DNA of 64,000 nucleotides from Felis catus (GCF_018350175.1 NC_058383.1:17548001-17612000), one strand, 5' to 3'; counted from the stretch's first letter, positions 37,090 to 50,444 are shown. The notes: a model not told the origin generated them from the letters alone. Translations and numbers: made by a program.

Positions 37090-37380
37090 CTGCACTTCTC
37101 AGCCTCCAGTAATATGACTGCAGCCCCCATCTCCCTGCTTCGTTTTAGCTGGAGCTGCACAGATGGTTTCCGGGACCTTTTCTCAGCCAGCCGCATCGTA
37201 GGTGGGAGTACACAGGAGCTGGTCTCTGAGGTTTGCGGGAATCTGGCCACTGTGATCCTCTGCCCTGGCATGCTTTGAGTTCAGTGTGGTCTCTGTCAAC
37301 CATGCAACCTGCCATTCAAAGTACGTTGTCCCCTCCACACCCCTACCCGTGCTGAGGAAGACGAGTTCGAGTCTGGATGA
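37090..37380 (-). pseudogene. Possible degenerate SCAN-domain exon
   Basis: Fragments PD.E.VF.QH, EDHS.QI...DQLL, WLR..PE and VQLQ..SRE...AVILLE in mixed frames. Confidence 0.3.
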
Positions 37381-38299
37381 ACATCCTAGCGCATCCTTCA
37401 CCTCCCAGGGGTGGTGCCGTACGATCCTGTCTAGAGGATGTCAACAGCCCACTGGAGACACAAATAAGCAAGGCAGAATTTTAAGAGACAGGAGGGAGGG
37501 ACAGATGTTCTGGAAGTCCAGGAAAGCAAGATTGTTTCTGGTTGGAGAAATTAGGGAAGGTTCTCTGGAGAAAGTGGCATTTGAACTGGGCCTTGAGGAC
37601 AGCGAGGACTGTTTTCCATTTCACGAAGGAAATATTTGATTATTCAAGCAGGAAAGAAAAAAAAATCAAAGCCCCCACTTCCTCATATTTTATTGACATT
37701 GTGCACACAATTAATGGTTATGTAAATACCCCATTAGGCAGCTACTTTATAGTTAGTCCTCTTACTGTTGGAATAATTCATTTCCGGGCCTCAAGACATT
37801 GGCCTGGGGTCTGTGGCTGGGCAGTGGGGACAGAAGCAACTAGGGACCAAATGCAACTCAGGAATCAGTGCTTGAGCCCATCCACTCATTGTTTCATTCA
37901 GCAAACGTTTATTAACGACTCGCTAGTCCCAGGCCCTGAAGATACAATGATGATCAGGACACAGTTCCTGTTCTAAAGACCTCAAGTCTAATAGAACAGG
38001 AGTCACAAGTGGAGAGAATTTATCGTAGAGCACATGAAGATGCCACACTACACATTGTGTACCAGATGTGGTGCTGACATAGGGAAAGGAGCTGGGGTAA
38101 CGGAAGCCTCGGCTATAGATGAGCATACCAGGCAGACCATGTGCAGTGAGAAGGGGGAAACTTGAGGACGGGTCAGAGGACCAAGTTCACTTGGAACATG
38201 GCTGCATACTTCTCTTTCCACAGGCTGGAAGGCACGTCTCTCCTACTCTTAGGCTTCTGGGTGTTTGTGTTTTTTTTGTTTTCTATCTCAAATATTTCC

Positions 38300-38900
38300 T
38301 TTCCCCAATTTTTTTTGGGGGGGTACCTAGTTTTATGCTCTTTTCCAAAATCTCAACTTGTGTGCTGAATTCATTCATTTTATTTCTCTCCTCTTGACAC
38401 TAAAAGCACTTAATGCTGTTAATTTTACCTCTGCAGATAGCTTGGACTGTATCCTGTTTTTAAAATTATTTTCTAAATAGTTTGTTTTTTACTCTTGATT
38501 TACTCCTTGTCCTAAGGGTGATTTGATATGCTATTGATGTTTTTCCATTTCTAAGTGGTGTGTTTTATATTATTGTTAGTTGTATTGCATTTTGATCAGA
38601 GACTGACTTTTAGAATTTCCACTTTTCAAAATTTACCAAAATATTCTCTGTAGCTTACTATTTATTGAATTTTGTCACTGTCCACGGAACTTGAATAGAA
38701 GGTATACTATTTGTTTTCAGGTTAAAACAATTTATATGTTCATATCCTCCATATCCTTATTTATTTTTGGATTACTTGTTCAGAAAATGTGTTAGAATAT
38801 TTCCAATAAAACTGTTTCTCATGTTTCTCCTAGTATTATTCAATATTTTATTTCATGGATCTTTGTTGTTTAACACATGAGAAATTAAATTCTTTTATTG
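38300..38900 (-). mobile_element. Ancient L1 fragment
   Basis: T-rich ORF2-like antisense sequence. Confidence 0.5.
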
Positions 38901-38924
38901 TTAATTGAATCTTTTAGAAAGTGA

Positions 38925-39110
38925 GGTTAAGAGCTCACATTCTGGAGTCAAAACATCCTGGATTTAAACCCCAGCTCCACCGTTTATTAGCTTGGATTCC
39001 TTATCCAGAAAATGGAGATAACAATGGTAACTCCCTTATATAATTGTTGGATTAAAGGAGATGAACGTAAAGGATGGCACATGGTAAGTGTTGAGTAAAG
39101 CTAGAATTCG
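38925..39110 (+). mobile_element. MIR
   Basis: ggttaagagctcacattctggagtca...aaatggagataacaatgg. Confidence 0.7.
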
Positions 39111-39339
39111 CTATTATGATCAGTGTTATTACCTCCTGGCTGACCGTTGCTGGCATTCGAAGCCTCTGCTGTGGAAGGAGAAAAGGTCTTGGAGAACCTC
39201 TTTCTTTTTCTCTATCTAGTACACATTTGGTAAACAGAATGCCTCGTGTAGGACATTAGAAGTCATAATGAAAAACAGGAAGGGGAAAAAGCCAACAGCT
39301 AGCTTCGCAGCATGCAAACACGAAGTGACACCCTTCAGC

Positions 39340-39890
39340 TTTGATGGCGGGATCCCTGGGTCAGCCCGAGCATTAGCATGTGAGTGTTAGTGGCATGCTG
39401 CAGCTTCGCATGGGGGGAGACGAGGAAGAGAGAGAGGCCCACGCTTTCCCCAGATGTCATTTCAAACACCGTGTCCTCCACCTCAGATCCTCAGATCCCT
39501 TTCACCAGCACCGTGTGCCGGGATGCTCTATGTCTCCCTGCCGATGGCTTACACCTGCAACGTTCAGAGGTTTGCCCTTGGACACTGGAGGCATATATCC
39601 CTGGGAACTTTTATGTCTTCACACCCTCCCTGCTTTAGGGGGGCTTGCAGTCAGTGATCGGTGTGTTAGTGCCAAGGCCCAGCTCCTTTGGCTGCAGCAG
39701 GACAAAGTCCACGGTGCTATTTATACTTGAGAGCTGCTCACATACTTGCTAGTCTTCGTCACATGCCTACCTTGCTGACCTGCCCGCTTCACTCCCTTAA
39801 TGGTTTCTCCCAGGAACGCTTGTTTAACAAATCACTTGCCCTTTAATCCTTGGCCTGGGTTAAGCTTCTGGGAGAATCTGACCTAAGACA
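39340..39890 (+). mobile_element. ERVL solo LTR (LTR16-like)
   Basis: 3' end aacaaatcacttgccc...ttctgggagaatctgacctaagaca. Confidence 0.65.
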
Positions 39891-40822
39891 AACTGCTTCA
39901 TTCCTTCATGACAGGAGGAATTCTGATATGGGTTGAGCATAGTGGTGAACTTACGTCACTTTTTTCTTTTTCCTTTTTTTTTTTTTTTTTTTTTTTGAGT
40001 TTCTGTCCCTTTGGTTGCAAGAGACATAACTCCAGAAGGTACTGGCTTAGACAAGAAGAGGGGGCAGGTTAGAAGGATGCTGGAGTACCCCAAGTCATCA
40101 CAACAAGGAAAAGAGTACACCTGGGCCACAGAGGCATCTGGAACCAGGGCATTCTCTCCCCCCAAATCTCTTGATGCTTTACTCAGGTCTGTTTTATTCC
40201 CTAAGAGCTGCATTTCCAATAGCTGATAGTAAGGCTGCAAACAGTGTCCTACCTCACTTTCTTCAGCTCTGCCCTGCTTTGTTCAGCTTGGGATCAAAGG
40301 GCCACGATCAAGGCAAAAGAGATATTTAGCACAGTTGGGGTGATTCCTGACTATAGATTCTCTTCTATTATTGGTGAAGGAGGGGCTGTGGCAGAAGGGA
40401 GGGATGCTAGACAGAAAAAAAGGCTGGTGCTCACCACATAGTTCCTTGGATGAAAAGAACAGTGGACATAAAAAGGCATGGCTTACCTGTGCACCCATGT
40501 TCACAGCAACACCATTCACAAGAGCCAAAGGTGGAAACAACTCAAATGTCTATCAACAAATTGGTAAAAGGTGATATATACACACACAATGGAATGTTGT
40601 TCAGCCTTTAAAAGGAAAGAAATTGTAACATACGCTACAATGTGGATGAACATGGAGGAAGGACATTATGCTAGGTGAAATAAGCCAGTCACAAAAAAGA
40701 CAAATACTGTATAATTCCACTTATGTGAGGTACCTAGAATAAGCAAATTCACAGAGACAGAAAATAGACAAGGGATTATGGCAATGGGAATAGGGAATCG
40801 TTTAATGGGTACAGAATTTCTG

Positions 40823-41037
40823 TTTAAAATTTTTTAATGTTTATTTTTGAGAGAGAGAGAGAGAGAGAGAGACAGAGCATGAACGAGGGAGGGGCAGAGA
40901 GAGAGGGAAGACACAGAACCTGAAGCAGGCTCTGAGCTCTCAACACAGAGCCCTGTGCGGGGCTCGAACACATGAACCATGAGATCAGGACCTGAGCCGA
41001 AATCGGATGCTTAACCGACTGAGCCACCAGGCTACCC
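40823..41037 (-). mobile_element. Can-SINE
   Basis: Antisense head and tail. Confidence 0.9.
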
Positions 41038-41949
41038 AAAGTGGTAAGTCTTCATGACCTTGAATTTGGCAACGAAATTTTATGTATGATACTAAAATCA
41101 TGAACAACAAAAGAAAAAAATAGACAAACTGGACTTAATGTAGGCATTTACATCTGTAAATTTCCCTCTATGCACTGCTTAAGCTGCATCTTATATATTT
41201 TGGTATGTAATGTTTTTATTTTCGTTCATCTCAAAATGTTTTCTAATTTTCATTGTAAGTTCTTCTTTGATCCATTGACTAAGAGTATAGTTTTCAAATT
41301 TCCTGTTATTGATTTCTAATATCACTCTATTTTTGTCAAAGTTGTGACTCATTTCATAGTGTGTACAAATACAGAATCATTACATTGTACACTGAAACTA
41401 ATATAATGTTATATGTCAATTGTATCTCAACAAAAGTCGTATAATTCAATCCTTTTAAATTTACTGAGACCATAATAAATAAATAAATAAATTTACTGAG
41501 ACATGTTTTATGACCCAAATTTGTTCTCTCCTTGAACAACATTCCATACACACTTGATAAAAATGTATATTCTGCCATTGTTGTATGGGATGTTCTACAG
41601 GTTTCTGTTAAGTCTAATTGGTTTATGGTGTTGTTCAAGTTGTCTATTTCCTTGCTGATCTTCTGTCTAGTAGGTCTATCTATTATTGATTGTGGGATAT
41701 TGAAGGCTCAAACTATTATTGTTGAATTGTCTACTTCTTTCTATTCTGTCAGGAAAAAAGGCCTGTAAACTCAAAAAAAAAAAAATATCTTCAAGAATGA
41801 AGAAAAAATTAAGACATTTCTAGATAAACAAAAGTTGAGGGAACTCATTATTAGTAGACCTGCCCTATTAGAAGGGCTGAGGGCAGTCTTTGAGGTTGAA
41901 ATGAAAGAACACTAGATATTAACTCAAAGTCAAAAGAAAAAAATTGAAG

Positions 41950-42484
41950 AGGAGTGCCTGGGTGGTTCAGTCAGTTAAGCGTCTGACTTTGGCTAAGGTC
42001 ATGATGTCACAGTTCGTGGGTTCAAGCCCCACATCGGGCTGTGTGCTGACAGCTCAGAGCCTGGAGCCTGTTTCACATTCTTTGTGTGTCTCTCTCTCTA
42101 GCCCTCCCTCGCATGTGTGCTCTCTCTCTCAAAAAAAAATTTTAAAGAACACTAATAAAGGTAATTTCGTAGATAAATATAAAAGCTAGCATTTTGTACT
42201 TTTGGTTTGGTTTGTAACTTATCTCTTTTTCCTGTATGATTTAAAAGGAAAATGCAGGGGCGCCTGGGTGGCGCAGTCGGTTAAGCGTCCGACTTCAGCC
42301 AGGTCACGATCTCGCGGTCTGTGAGTTCGAGCCCCGCCTCGGGCTCTGGGCTGATGGCTCAGAGCCTGGAGCCTGTTTCCGATTCTGTGTCTCCCTCTCT
42401 CTCTGCCCCTCCCCCGTTCATGCTCTGTCTCTCTCTGTCCCAAAAAATAAATAAATGTTGAAAAAAAAATAAAAATAAATAAAT
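41950..42484 (+). mobile_element. Two Can-SINEs (41950-42140; young SINEC_Fc 42257-42484)
   Basis: Second has TSD aaaaggaaaatgca. Confidence 0.9.
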
Positions 42485-43952
42485 AAAAGGAAAATGCATA
42501 AAATAATAATTATAAATCTGTGTTAATGAGCATACATCTTTATACATTTATAAAGATATAAACTGTGACAATAACCATATAAAAGCCAGGAACAAAGATG
42601 TATGGGAGGAGAATGTTTGTATAGTATTGAAACTAAGTTGGTATTTTTCAAACTAGATTGTTACAAGTTTAAAAGGGTAATTGTAACCCCATGGTAACCA
42701 CTAAAAAAAATAATAAAATACATATGAAGGGAATAAAAATGGTGCACCATAAAAAGTCAACTGAATAAAAAATTAGTAATGGAAGAACCGAGGAACAAAA
42801 AAACAGTAAGACACACATAAAACAAATAGCTATATGGCAGGAATAATTCTTTATCAGCAATCACATTAAATGTAAACAGGCTAAATCCTCCCCTTCTATA
42901 AAAATACAGAGCTGGCTATATTGAATTAAAAACAACAACAACAACAGGGGCACCTGGCTGGCTCAGTCAGTGGAGCACGTAACTCTCGGTCACAGAGTTG
43001 TAAGTTTGAGGCCCACATTGCATGTAGAGATTACTTAAAAATAAAATCTTTAAAAACAACAACAAAAACAGCAGGATCTATCTGTATGCTGTCTACAAAA
43101 GACTCACCTTAGATATAAAGACATAAAGAGGCTGAAAGTAAAAGAATGGAAAAAGATATTCCATGCAAATAGTAAACAAAACAGATCTGAGGTGGCTAAA
43201 TTACTATCAAAATAGACTATTTATTAGACAAAATAGACTTTAAGTTAAAAAAGAGACAAAGAAGGACATTATATATTGATAAAAGATTCAGTGAAAGAAG
43301 ACATTGATTATAAATATATACACACTTAATAAAGGAAACTCTAAATATATGAAGCAAACATTGACAGAATTGAAGGGAAAAATAGAGAGTTCTATAGTAA
43401 TAATAGTTGGAGATTTCAGTACCCCACTTTCAGCTATGGAAAACAGTTTGGTGGTTCTTTAAAAGGGTAAACACAGAGTTACCATATGCTTCAACTATTT
43501 CTTCCTTCCAAACAAACTGAAAGCGAGGACTCAGGAGGTACTTGCATGCCAGTGTTCATTGCATCATTACTCACAATGGCCAAAAGGCGGAAAATCCAAA
43601 CATCCATCAACAGATGAATGGAGAAACAAAATTGTGGTATATACACACAATGGGATATTTTTCAGCCATATAAAGGAATGAATATCTAACACATACTGCA
43701 ACATGGATAAACCTTGAAAACATTATCTTAAGTGAAATAAGCCAGATGCTAAAAAGCAAATGTGTGATTCCACTTATATGAGGTATCTAGAATAGGCAAA
43801 TTCACAGAAAGTAGACTAAAAGTTACCAGGGGCTGAGAGGAGGGAGAAATGAGCAGCTATTGCTTAATGGTTACAGAGTTTCTGTCTGGAGTGATGAAAA
43901 CATTTTGGAAATAGATACCGATGATGTTTCATAACATTGTGAATGTAATTAA

Positions 43953-44405
43953 CTTTTTTTTTTTAAGTTTATTTATTTTGAGAGAGAGAGAGGGCGCGCG
44001 CGAACAAGTGGGTAGGGGCAGGAGAGAAAGAGAGAGAGAATCCCAAAACGGCTCCCCAGAGCTCAGAACCCACGAACTATGAGATCATGACCTGGGTCAA
44101 AAACAAGAGTCAGTTGCTCAACGAACTGAGCCACGCAGACGACCCTCATGAATGTAATTAATGTCACTGAATTGTACATTTAAAAATGGTTAGGGGCGCC
44201 TGGGTGGCTCAGTCGGTTAAGCTGCCGACTTCGGCTCAGGTCATGATCTCCCCGTCCTGAGTTCAAGCCCCGCGTCGGGCTCTGTGCTGACAGCTCAGAG
44301 CCTGGAGCCTGTTTCAGATTCTATGTCTCCCTCTCTCTGACCCTCCCCCGTTCATGCTCTGTCTCTCTCTGTCTCAAAAATAAATAAACGTTCAAAAAAT
44401 TTTTT
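43953..44405. mobile_element. Head-to-head Can-SINE pair (- 43953-44145, + 44193-44405)
   Basis: Heads and tails on opposite strands. Confidence 0.9.
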
Positions 44406-45019
44406 TAAATGGTTAAAGTTGTAAATTTTATGTTATAACCAAAATTTTTAAAATTAATAATATCCAAAAAGTATTGAATTGTACACTTTAAATAGGTGAA
44501 AATACGTGATATCTGAATCACAACTCGATAAAGCTATTTTTTTAAGTTTTAAAATTTGATGCTCAGTTTATTGCTTTTTCTTTTCTGAATCATGCTTTTG
44601 GTGTCGAGTCTAGGAATGCTTAGTTTAACTTCAGATTCTGAAAATTTTCTCCTACACTTCTCAAAAAAAGTGTTATAGTTTTTACATTTAATATTTATGT
44701 CTATAATTCATTTTGAGCTAATTTTTGTATATGGTCCTTTGGTGGTGGTGGGGTGCTATGGATGTTTGATTGCTAGACCACCATTACATTGCTTCTGCAC
44801 ATTTGTAAAAAAATCATTTGGGGATATTTGTGTGTCAAGTTCCTGCTATATAAGTCTTGAAATCTGATACACTAATTCCTTGCATTTCATTCTTCTTTTT
44901 TTCAAAATTGTATTAGTGATTCAAGTTCCTTTGATTTTTAATATAAATTTTAGAATAATCTTGTCTCTATCTTATATGATTTTTTTGTAGAGACTGGGAT
45001 TTTTTAAATATATTATTAT

Positions 45020-45218
45020 TTTAATATTTATTTTTGAGAGAGGGAGTGGCAGAGTATGAGCAGAGAAGGGGCAGAGAGAGAGGGAGACACAGAATCTGAA
45101 GCAGGCTCCAGGCTCTGAGCTGTCAGCACAGAGCCTGACATGGGGCTTGAAATCACAAGCCATGATATCATGACCTGAGCCCAAGTTGGAAGCTTTACCA
45201 ACTGAGCCATCCAGGTGT
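45020..45218 (-). mobile_element. Can-SINE
   Basis: TSD agactgggattt. Confidence 0.9.
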
Positions 45219-45507
45219 CAAGACTGGGATTTTGATAGGAATATAATTATTCCTATTACTCTTGCATGAATTAGAATTCCCATTATTTTGTTACATAAGA
45301 GAGTTGAGAATGGACATTGTTTAAATTTTATTTTCCAAATGTTGCTAATGCTATACAAAAATTACAACTTAAAAAAATATGACTGATTTCTATAATTTGA
45401 CCTTGTATCCTAGACAGAGCTAAATTCATTTATCAGTTCTAGCAGCTGTTTTACAGATTCCTTGTAAATAGTGTCACCTGCAGATGGAGGCAATTTACTT
45501 CTTCTCT

Positions 45508-45597
45508 TCTCCCATCCAAGTACTAACCAGGCCCGACCCTGCTTAGCTTCCGAGATCAGACAAGATCGGGCGCGTTCAGGGTGGTATGGCCGTAGAC
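45508..45597 (-). pseudogene. 5S rRNA tailless retropseudogene (nt 1-90)
   Basis: Reverse complement is GTCTACGGCCATACCACCCTGAACGCGCCCGATCTTGTCTGATCTCGGAAGCTAAGCAGGGTCGGGCCTGGTTAGTACTTGGATGGGAGA; 15-bp TSD tacttcttctcttct at 45496-45510 and 45598-45612. Confidence 0.95.
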
Positions 45598-45835
45598 TAC
45601 TTCTTCTCTTCTGATACTTATGACTTTCCTTTTTCTTGTCTTATTGCACAGGCTAGGACCTCCAGTACAATGTCGAATAGATATGGTAAAAGTGGTCATC
45701 TTTGGCTTATTCACAATCTTAGAAAGTATACAATATTTGACCTTTAACTATCATCTTGGCTGTGGATTTTTTTTCTATATATCTTTTGTGAGATGAGGAA
45801 GTTCCCTTCCACTGAGTTTTTAATTTCAGTTATTG

Positions 45836-46968
45836 TATTTTTTTAAAGTATATGTATTTATTTTGAGAGAGAGAGAGAGAGAGAGAGAGCGTGAGTGCTC
45901 GGGGGAGGGGAAGACAGGGAGAGACAGAATTCCAAGCAGAGCCCAACTTGGGGCTTGGTCCTACAAACCATGAGATCATAACCTGATCTGAAGTGCTATC
46001 AAGATTCAGATGCTTAACTGATTGACCCACCTAGATGCCCTATCAGTTATTGTATTTTTAATTACTAAAAGTTCTATTTGTTTTCAAATTTGCTAGGTCA
46101 TTTGGTGGTTGTAGTGGTATGTTTTGTTTATTTTTTTAATTTGAGAGAGAGAATGGGTGAGGGGCAGAGGGAGAGAGAAAAAGAATCTTAAGCAGGCTCC
46201 ACACTCAGCATGGACCCCAACGAGGGGCTCAATCCTACGACTCTGGGATCATGACCTGAGCCGAAATCAAGAATCTGACACTCAACTGACTGAGCCCTCC
46301 AGGGCCCCTGTTTTATTTCTTTAAACATAATAATCAGGGGCACCTGGTTACCTCAGTCAGTAAAACACGTGGCTCCTGATCTGGGGGTTGTGAGTTCGAG
46401 CTCCATGCTGGGTGTGGAGATTACTTAAATAAATAAACTTTAAAAATAAACATAATAATCAGAGATTATAATTTTGGTGTAATAATTCCAATATATGAAA
46501 TACTTACAGGTGTTGGCTTCTGCTTTTTAAAAAAAATTTTTAGGGGCGCCTGGGTGGCTCAGTCGGTTGGGCAGCCGACTTCGGCTCAGGTCATGATCTC
46601 GCGGTCCGTGAGTTTGGGCCCCGCGTCGGGCTCTGTGCTGACAGCTCGGGGCCTGGAGCCTGTTTCGGATTCTGTGTCTCCCTGTCTCTGACCCTCTCCC
46701 GTTCATACTCTGTCTCTCTCTGTCTCAAAAATAAAAGTTAAAGATTTAAAAAAAAAAAACTTTTTTTTTTTAATGTCTATTTATTTTTGAGAGAGACAGA
46801 GCATGAGCGGGTGAAGAGCAGAGAGAGAGGCAGAAACAGAATCTGAAGCAGGCTTCAGACTCCAATCTGTCAGCACAGAGCCCTATGTGGGGCGTCGAAC
46901 CCATGAACTGTGAGATCATGACCTGAGCCAAAGTCGTATGCCCAGCTGACTGAGCCAACCAGGCACCC
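45836..46968. mobile_element. Five Can-SINEs (-,-,+,+,-)
   Basis: 45836-46040, 46130-46308, 46337-46448, 46543-46759, 46761-46968. Confidence 0.9.
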
Positions 46969-47612
46969 AGGCTTCTGCTTTCTGTTATTTCTCTGTGTGC
47001 TGGGATATTTCTGACTGTATATTCTCTGAAAACTTATTTGAAAGAATTTGTATTTGCCCCTATCAGTTGCCTAAACACTGCCAATCTGCATTCACTTTAA
47101 ATATATAGCTTGAGGAATTTTTTTTTCCCCTTGACCACACAAATGATGTGATTTGGAGCTACATATCCACTCCACAGCTGACAAATCAGAACCAAGGACT
47201 TATTTTGCAATTCCCTAGGGCAGGGGGCCTGGGTCAGGTTACTCCTGATTGACTCCTTTTCAAATCCAGCAGGAGGCATTTCTTCTAAATTACTGGGCGG
47301 GGGTTTAGATTTCTGTTCTGTGTCACCTGCTGACATTGACCTACTTTGGCAAATGCTTTCAGGATGAAGGCAGTTTCAGTGCTCAGGTTCCTCTGTGGGC
47401 TCACATTTTCACCTAGATTTTAGACTGGTAATTCCTTCTTTGTTCTTCAGGGCTTTAAAGAAGTTGTTTATTATTATCATCATCATCATCATCATCATTG
47501 TTATTGTTATATTTTTTATCCTGTATGTTCATTGTTTCTAGGAAACAGATTGGTCTTAATAGCCTGCTATATTTACCATAAAGGATTCTCTGCTTTTAAG
47601 CTTAAAAAAAAA

Positions 47613-47995
47613 TGGGGTGCCTGGGTGGCTCAATTGGTTAAGCGTCTGACTCCGGCTTAGGTCATGATCTCACAGTTCCTGAGTTAGAACCTGTAATCAG
47701 ACTCCCCGCTGAGAGGGTGGAGCCTGCTTGGGATTCCCTCTCTCTCCTTTCTCTGTTCCTCCCCAACTTGTGTGTGCATGCTCACACTCTCCCTCTCTCT
47801 CTCTCTCTCTCTCAAAAATAAATAGGGGCGCCTGGGTGGCTAAGTCGGTTAGGCGTCCAATTTCAGCTCAGGTCATGATCTCACAGTCAGTGAGTTCCAG
47901 TCCCGCGTCAGACTGTGCTGACAGCTCAGAGCCTGGAGCCTGCCAGATTCTGTGTCTCCCTCTCTCTCTCTCTCTCTGCCCCTCCCCCACTTATG

Positions 47996-48047
<52 letters not shown>

Positions 48048-48105
48048 AATAAATAAAATGTAAAAAAAATTTTTAATAAAAAATAAAATAAATAAATTAA
48101 AAAAA
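47613..48105 (+). mobile_element. Two nested Can-SINEs
   Basis: Heads at 47613 and 47825. Confidence 0.9.
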
Positions 48106-48911
48106 TCTCTTATCAGCTCTCATCTCCTCTAGAATTATGTTTTTGTGTATTTAAACCTGTTAAAAAAATGCTTTCACTCTTCTTTTAAAGGAGTTTCTGG
48201 AAAAGCTAGAGATAAGTGCCTGCAGACCACCATATTTAACCAGAAGTCTCCCGTTCATGTCTTGTTACATCATCTCTACAAATAAAAATGTGACTAAAAG
48301 GATAAGGCTGAACAGGATGCTTCTCTCTGGTCCTGTCACTTGATGGCTGATTTCCAACTTGGGGGAAATAGTTGTTCCACACGACGAGCCCTCTACTAAA
48401 GAGCAGATACCCTTTCCTCCCTCTTCATCATCCTCAGTCTCCACTGCCAGACTGAGGGCACACGTGGCAGCAGCCACTGCTCCCACCACCCCTTCCAGCC
48501 CCAACCAGTAAACAAGATTGTCTCCATGGGTTGAGATTGAAAAGATTTCCCAAATGATTCTGATATGACCCCACCACTCCTTAGAGACTCACTGGGGTAA
48601 CTCTTGCCCCTTACAGAGGCCATTGGAAGACTTCTTGACCCTTGACTAAGTTACCAAACCCTGTTCTGTGCTCTGGTAACATCTGTGCTTCTCTGATTGA
48701 AGCATTCCCCTTGAAAATGTTATCAACAATTATTTTCCCGAGACCCAAGGCTTCTCCACCCCCAGCCTTTTCTATCTCAATTGATAGTAACTCCTCCTTC
48801 ACTTGCTCCCATCGAAAACCTTAGAGTGATTCTTAATTTGTGTCTTTATCTCATAACCCATTTCCAACCTTTTGAGAAATCCTGGGGGCTCTACCTTCAA
48901 AATCCATCCAG

Positions 48912-49157
48912 AGGACGCCTGGGCGGCTCATTCAGTTAAGCGTCTGACTTCAGCTCAGGCTATGGAATCACAGTTCATGAGTTTGAGCCCCGCATCCGGC
49001 TCTCTGCTGTCAGCACAGAGCCTGCTTCAGATCCTCTGTCTTCCGCTCTCTCTGCTTCTCCCCAACTCCTGCTCTCTACTCTCTCCAAAAAAAAAAAAGT
49101 CAAACTTCAAATAATAATAAAAAATAAAACAAAATAAAATGTATTAAAAAAAAAAAA
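48912..49157 (+). mobile_element. Can-SINE
   Basis: Head and A-rich tail. Confidence 0.9.
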
Positions 49158-49636
49158 GCTTTAAAAAATACGTCCGGAACCTATTTTTCACCACTGTCAT
49201 TACCGCGCTGGGACACCCTACCATCATCTACACACTGTGGCACACATTATTGCAGTAACCTTCCAGCAAGCCTGCCTGCTTCTAGCCTTGTCCCTTTGGT
49301 TAATTCTCAACCTAGCAGCCAGAATGGTTATTTTAAAAGACAAGTTAGATGATGTCACTCTTCTGCCTAAAACACTGCAATGGCTCCCTATTTCAGAGCA
49401 AACTCCAAGCATACAAGACCCTACAAGATGTGCACTCCCTCTCCCCTCATTCACAATGCTCCACCAACACCCTTGTTGTTTTTCAGTAACACCAAACACC
49501 TGTCCCCTCCACCTGGCACACTCTTCCACCAGATAGCCCATTAGTTAACCATCTTTCCTCCTCCAATTCTTTGTTCGGATCTCACTTTCTCACGGGTGTC
49601 TAATCTGGCCAAACCTGCTCCCTGTACCTTGCTCTA

Positions 49637-50079
49637 CAGTAGTGCCCCCCTATACCCGTGGTTTCACTTTCCAGTTTCAGTCACACATGGTCAACGATGG
49701 TCTGGAAGCAGATAATTCTTCTGAATGTCAAGAGTAGCCTAACATGACATTACCATGCCTACGTCCTTCCCCTTGCTTCATCTCATGATGTGGGCCCTTT
49801 ATCATCTCACATTATCACAAGAAGGTGAGTACAGTACAGTAAGATATTTTGACAGAGAGGCTACATTCATATAACTTTTATTACAGTACATTGTTATAAT
49901 TATTCCTTTTTATTCTTATTGTTAATCTCTTACTGTGCCTAATTTAGAAGTCAAACTTTATCATAGGTATGTATGTATAGGAAAAAATATAGCATATGTA
50001 AGGTTCAATACTATCTGGGGTTTCAGGCATCCACTGGGGGTCTTGGAACATATTCCTACAAATAAAGGTGGGACTACTG
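49637..50079. mobile_element. Tigger-derived DNA transposon (MER44-like)
   Basis: TIRs cagtagtgccccc...gtgggactactg with TA on both sides. Confidence 0.8.
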
Positions 50080-50179
50080 TACTTCACCAGCACCCTCCTC
50101 CCCCCCCCCCCCCGTCCTGTTCCATCTTCTAACACACTATAAAGTGTGATGTCTCCCTTGTTTAAGAATGGAAACTACA

Positions 50180-50380
50180 GGGGCGTCTGGCTGGTTTAGT
50201 CAGTTGAGCTGCCGACTTTGTCTCAGGTCAGATCTCTTGGTTTGTGAGTTCAAGCCCCGCGTCGGGCTCTGTGCTGACAGCTTGGAGCCTGGAGTCTGCT
50301 TTGTATTCTATGTCTCCCTCTCTCTCTACTCCTCCTCCGCTCATGCTCTCTCTCTGTCTCAAAAATAAATAAACATTAAA
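50180..50380 (+). mobile_element. Can-SINE
   Basis: Head, (CT)n; tail expanded into (TA)n. Confidence 0.9.
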
Positions 50381-50406
50381 TACATATATATACATATATA
50401 TACATA

Positions 50407-50440
<34 letters not shown>
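50381..50440. repeat. (TA)n microsatellite
   Basis: Directly visible. Confidence 0.95.

Positions 50441-50444
<4 letters not shown>

Larger units (their letters stand above)
40490..47560. mobile_element. Mosaic of L1 fragments in both orientations with many nested SINEs
   Basis: + 3' ends at 40490-40820 and 43430-44540; - endonuclease relic MNNTINQLDLT...AEYTFLSS 41140-41750; + ORF1/ORF2 41750-43430; - fragments 44560-47560. Confidence 0.8.

Noticed and set aside
48265..48640. - strand ORFs as a coding exon
   Set aside because: No recognisable homology or splice framing; adjacent to L1/L2 remnants
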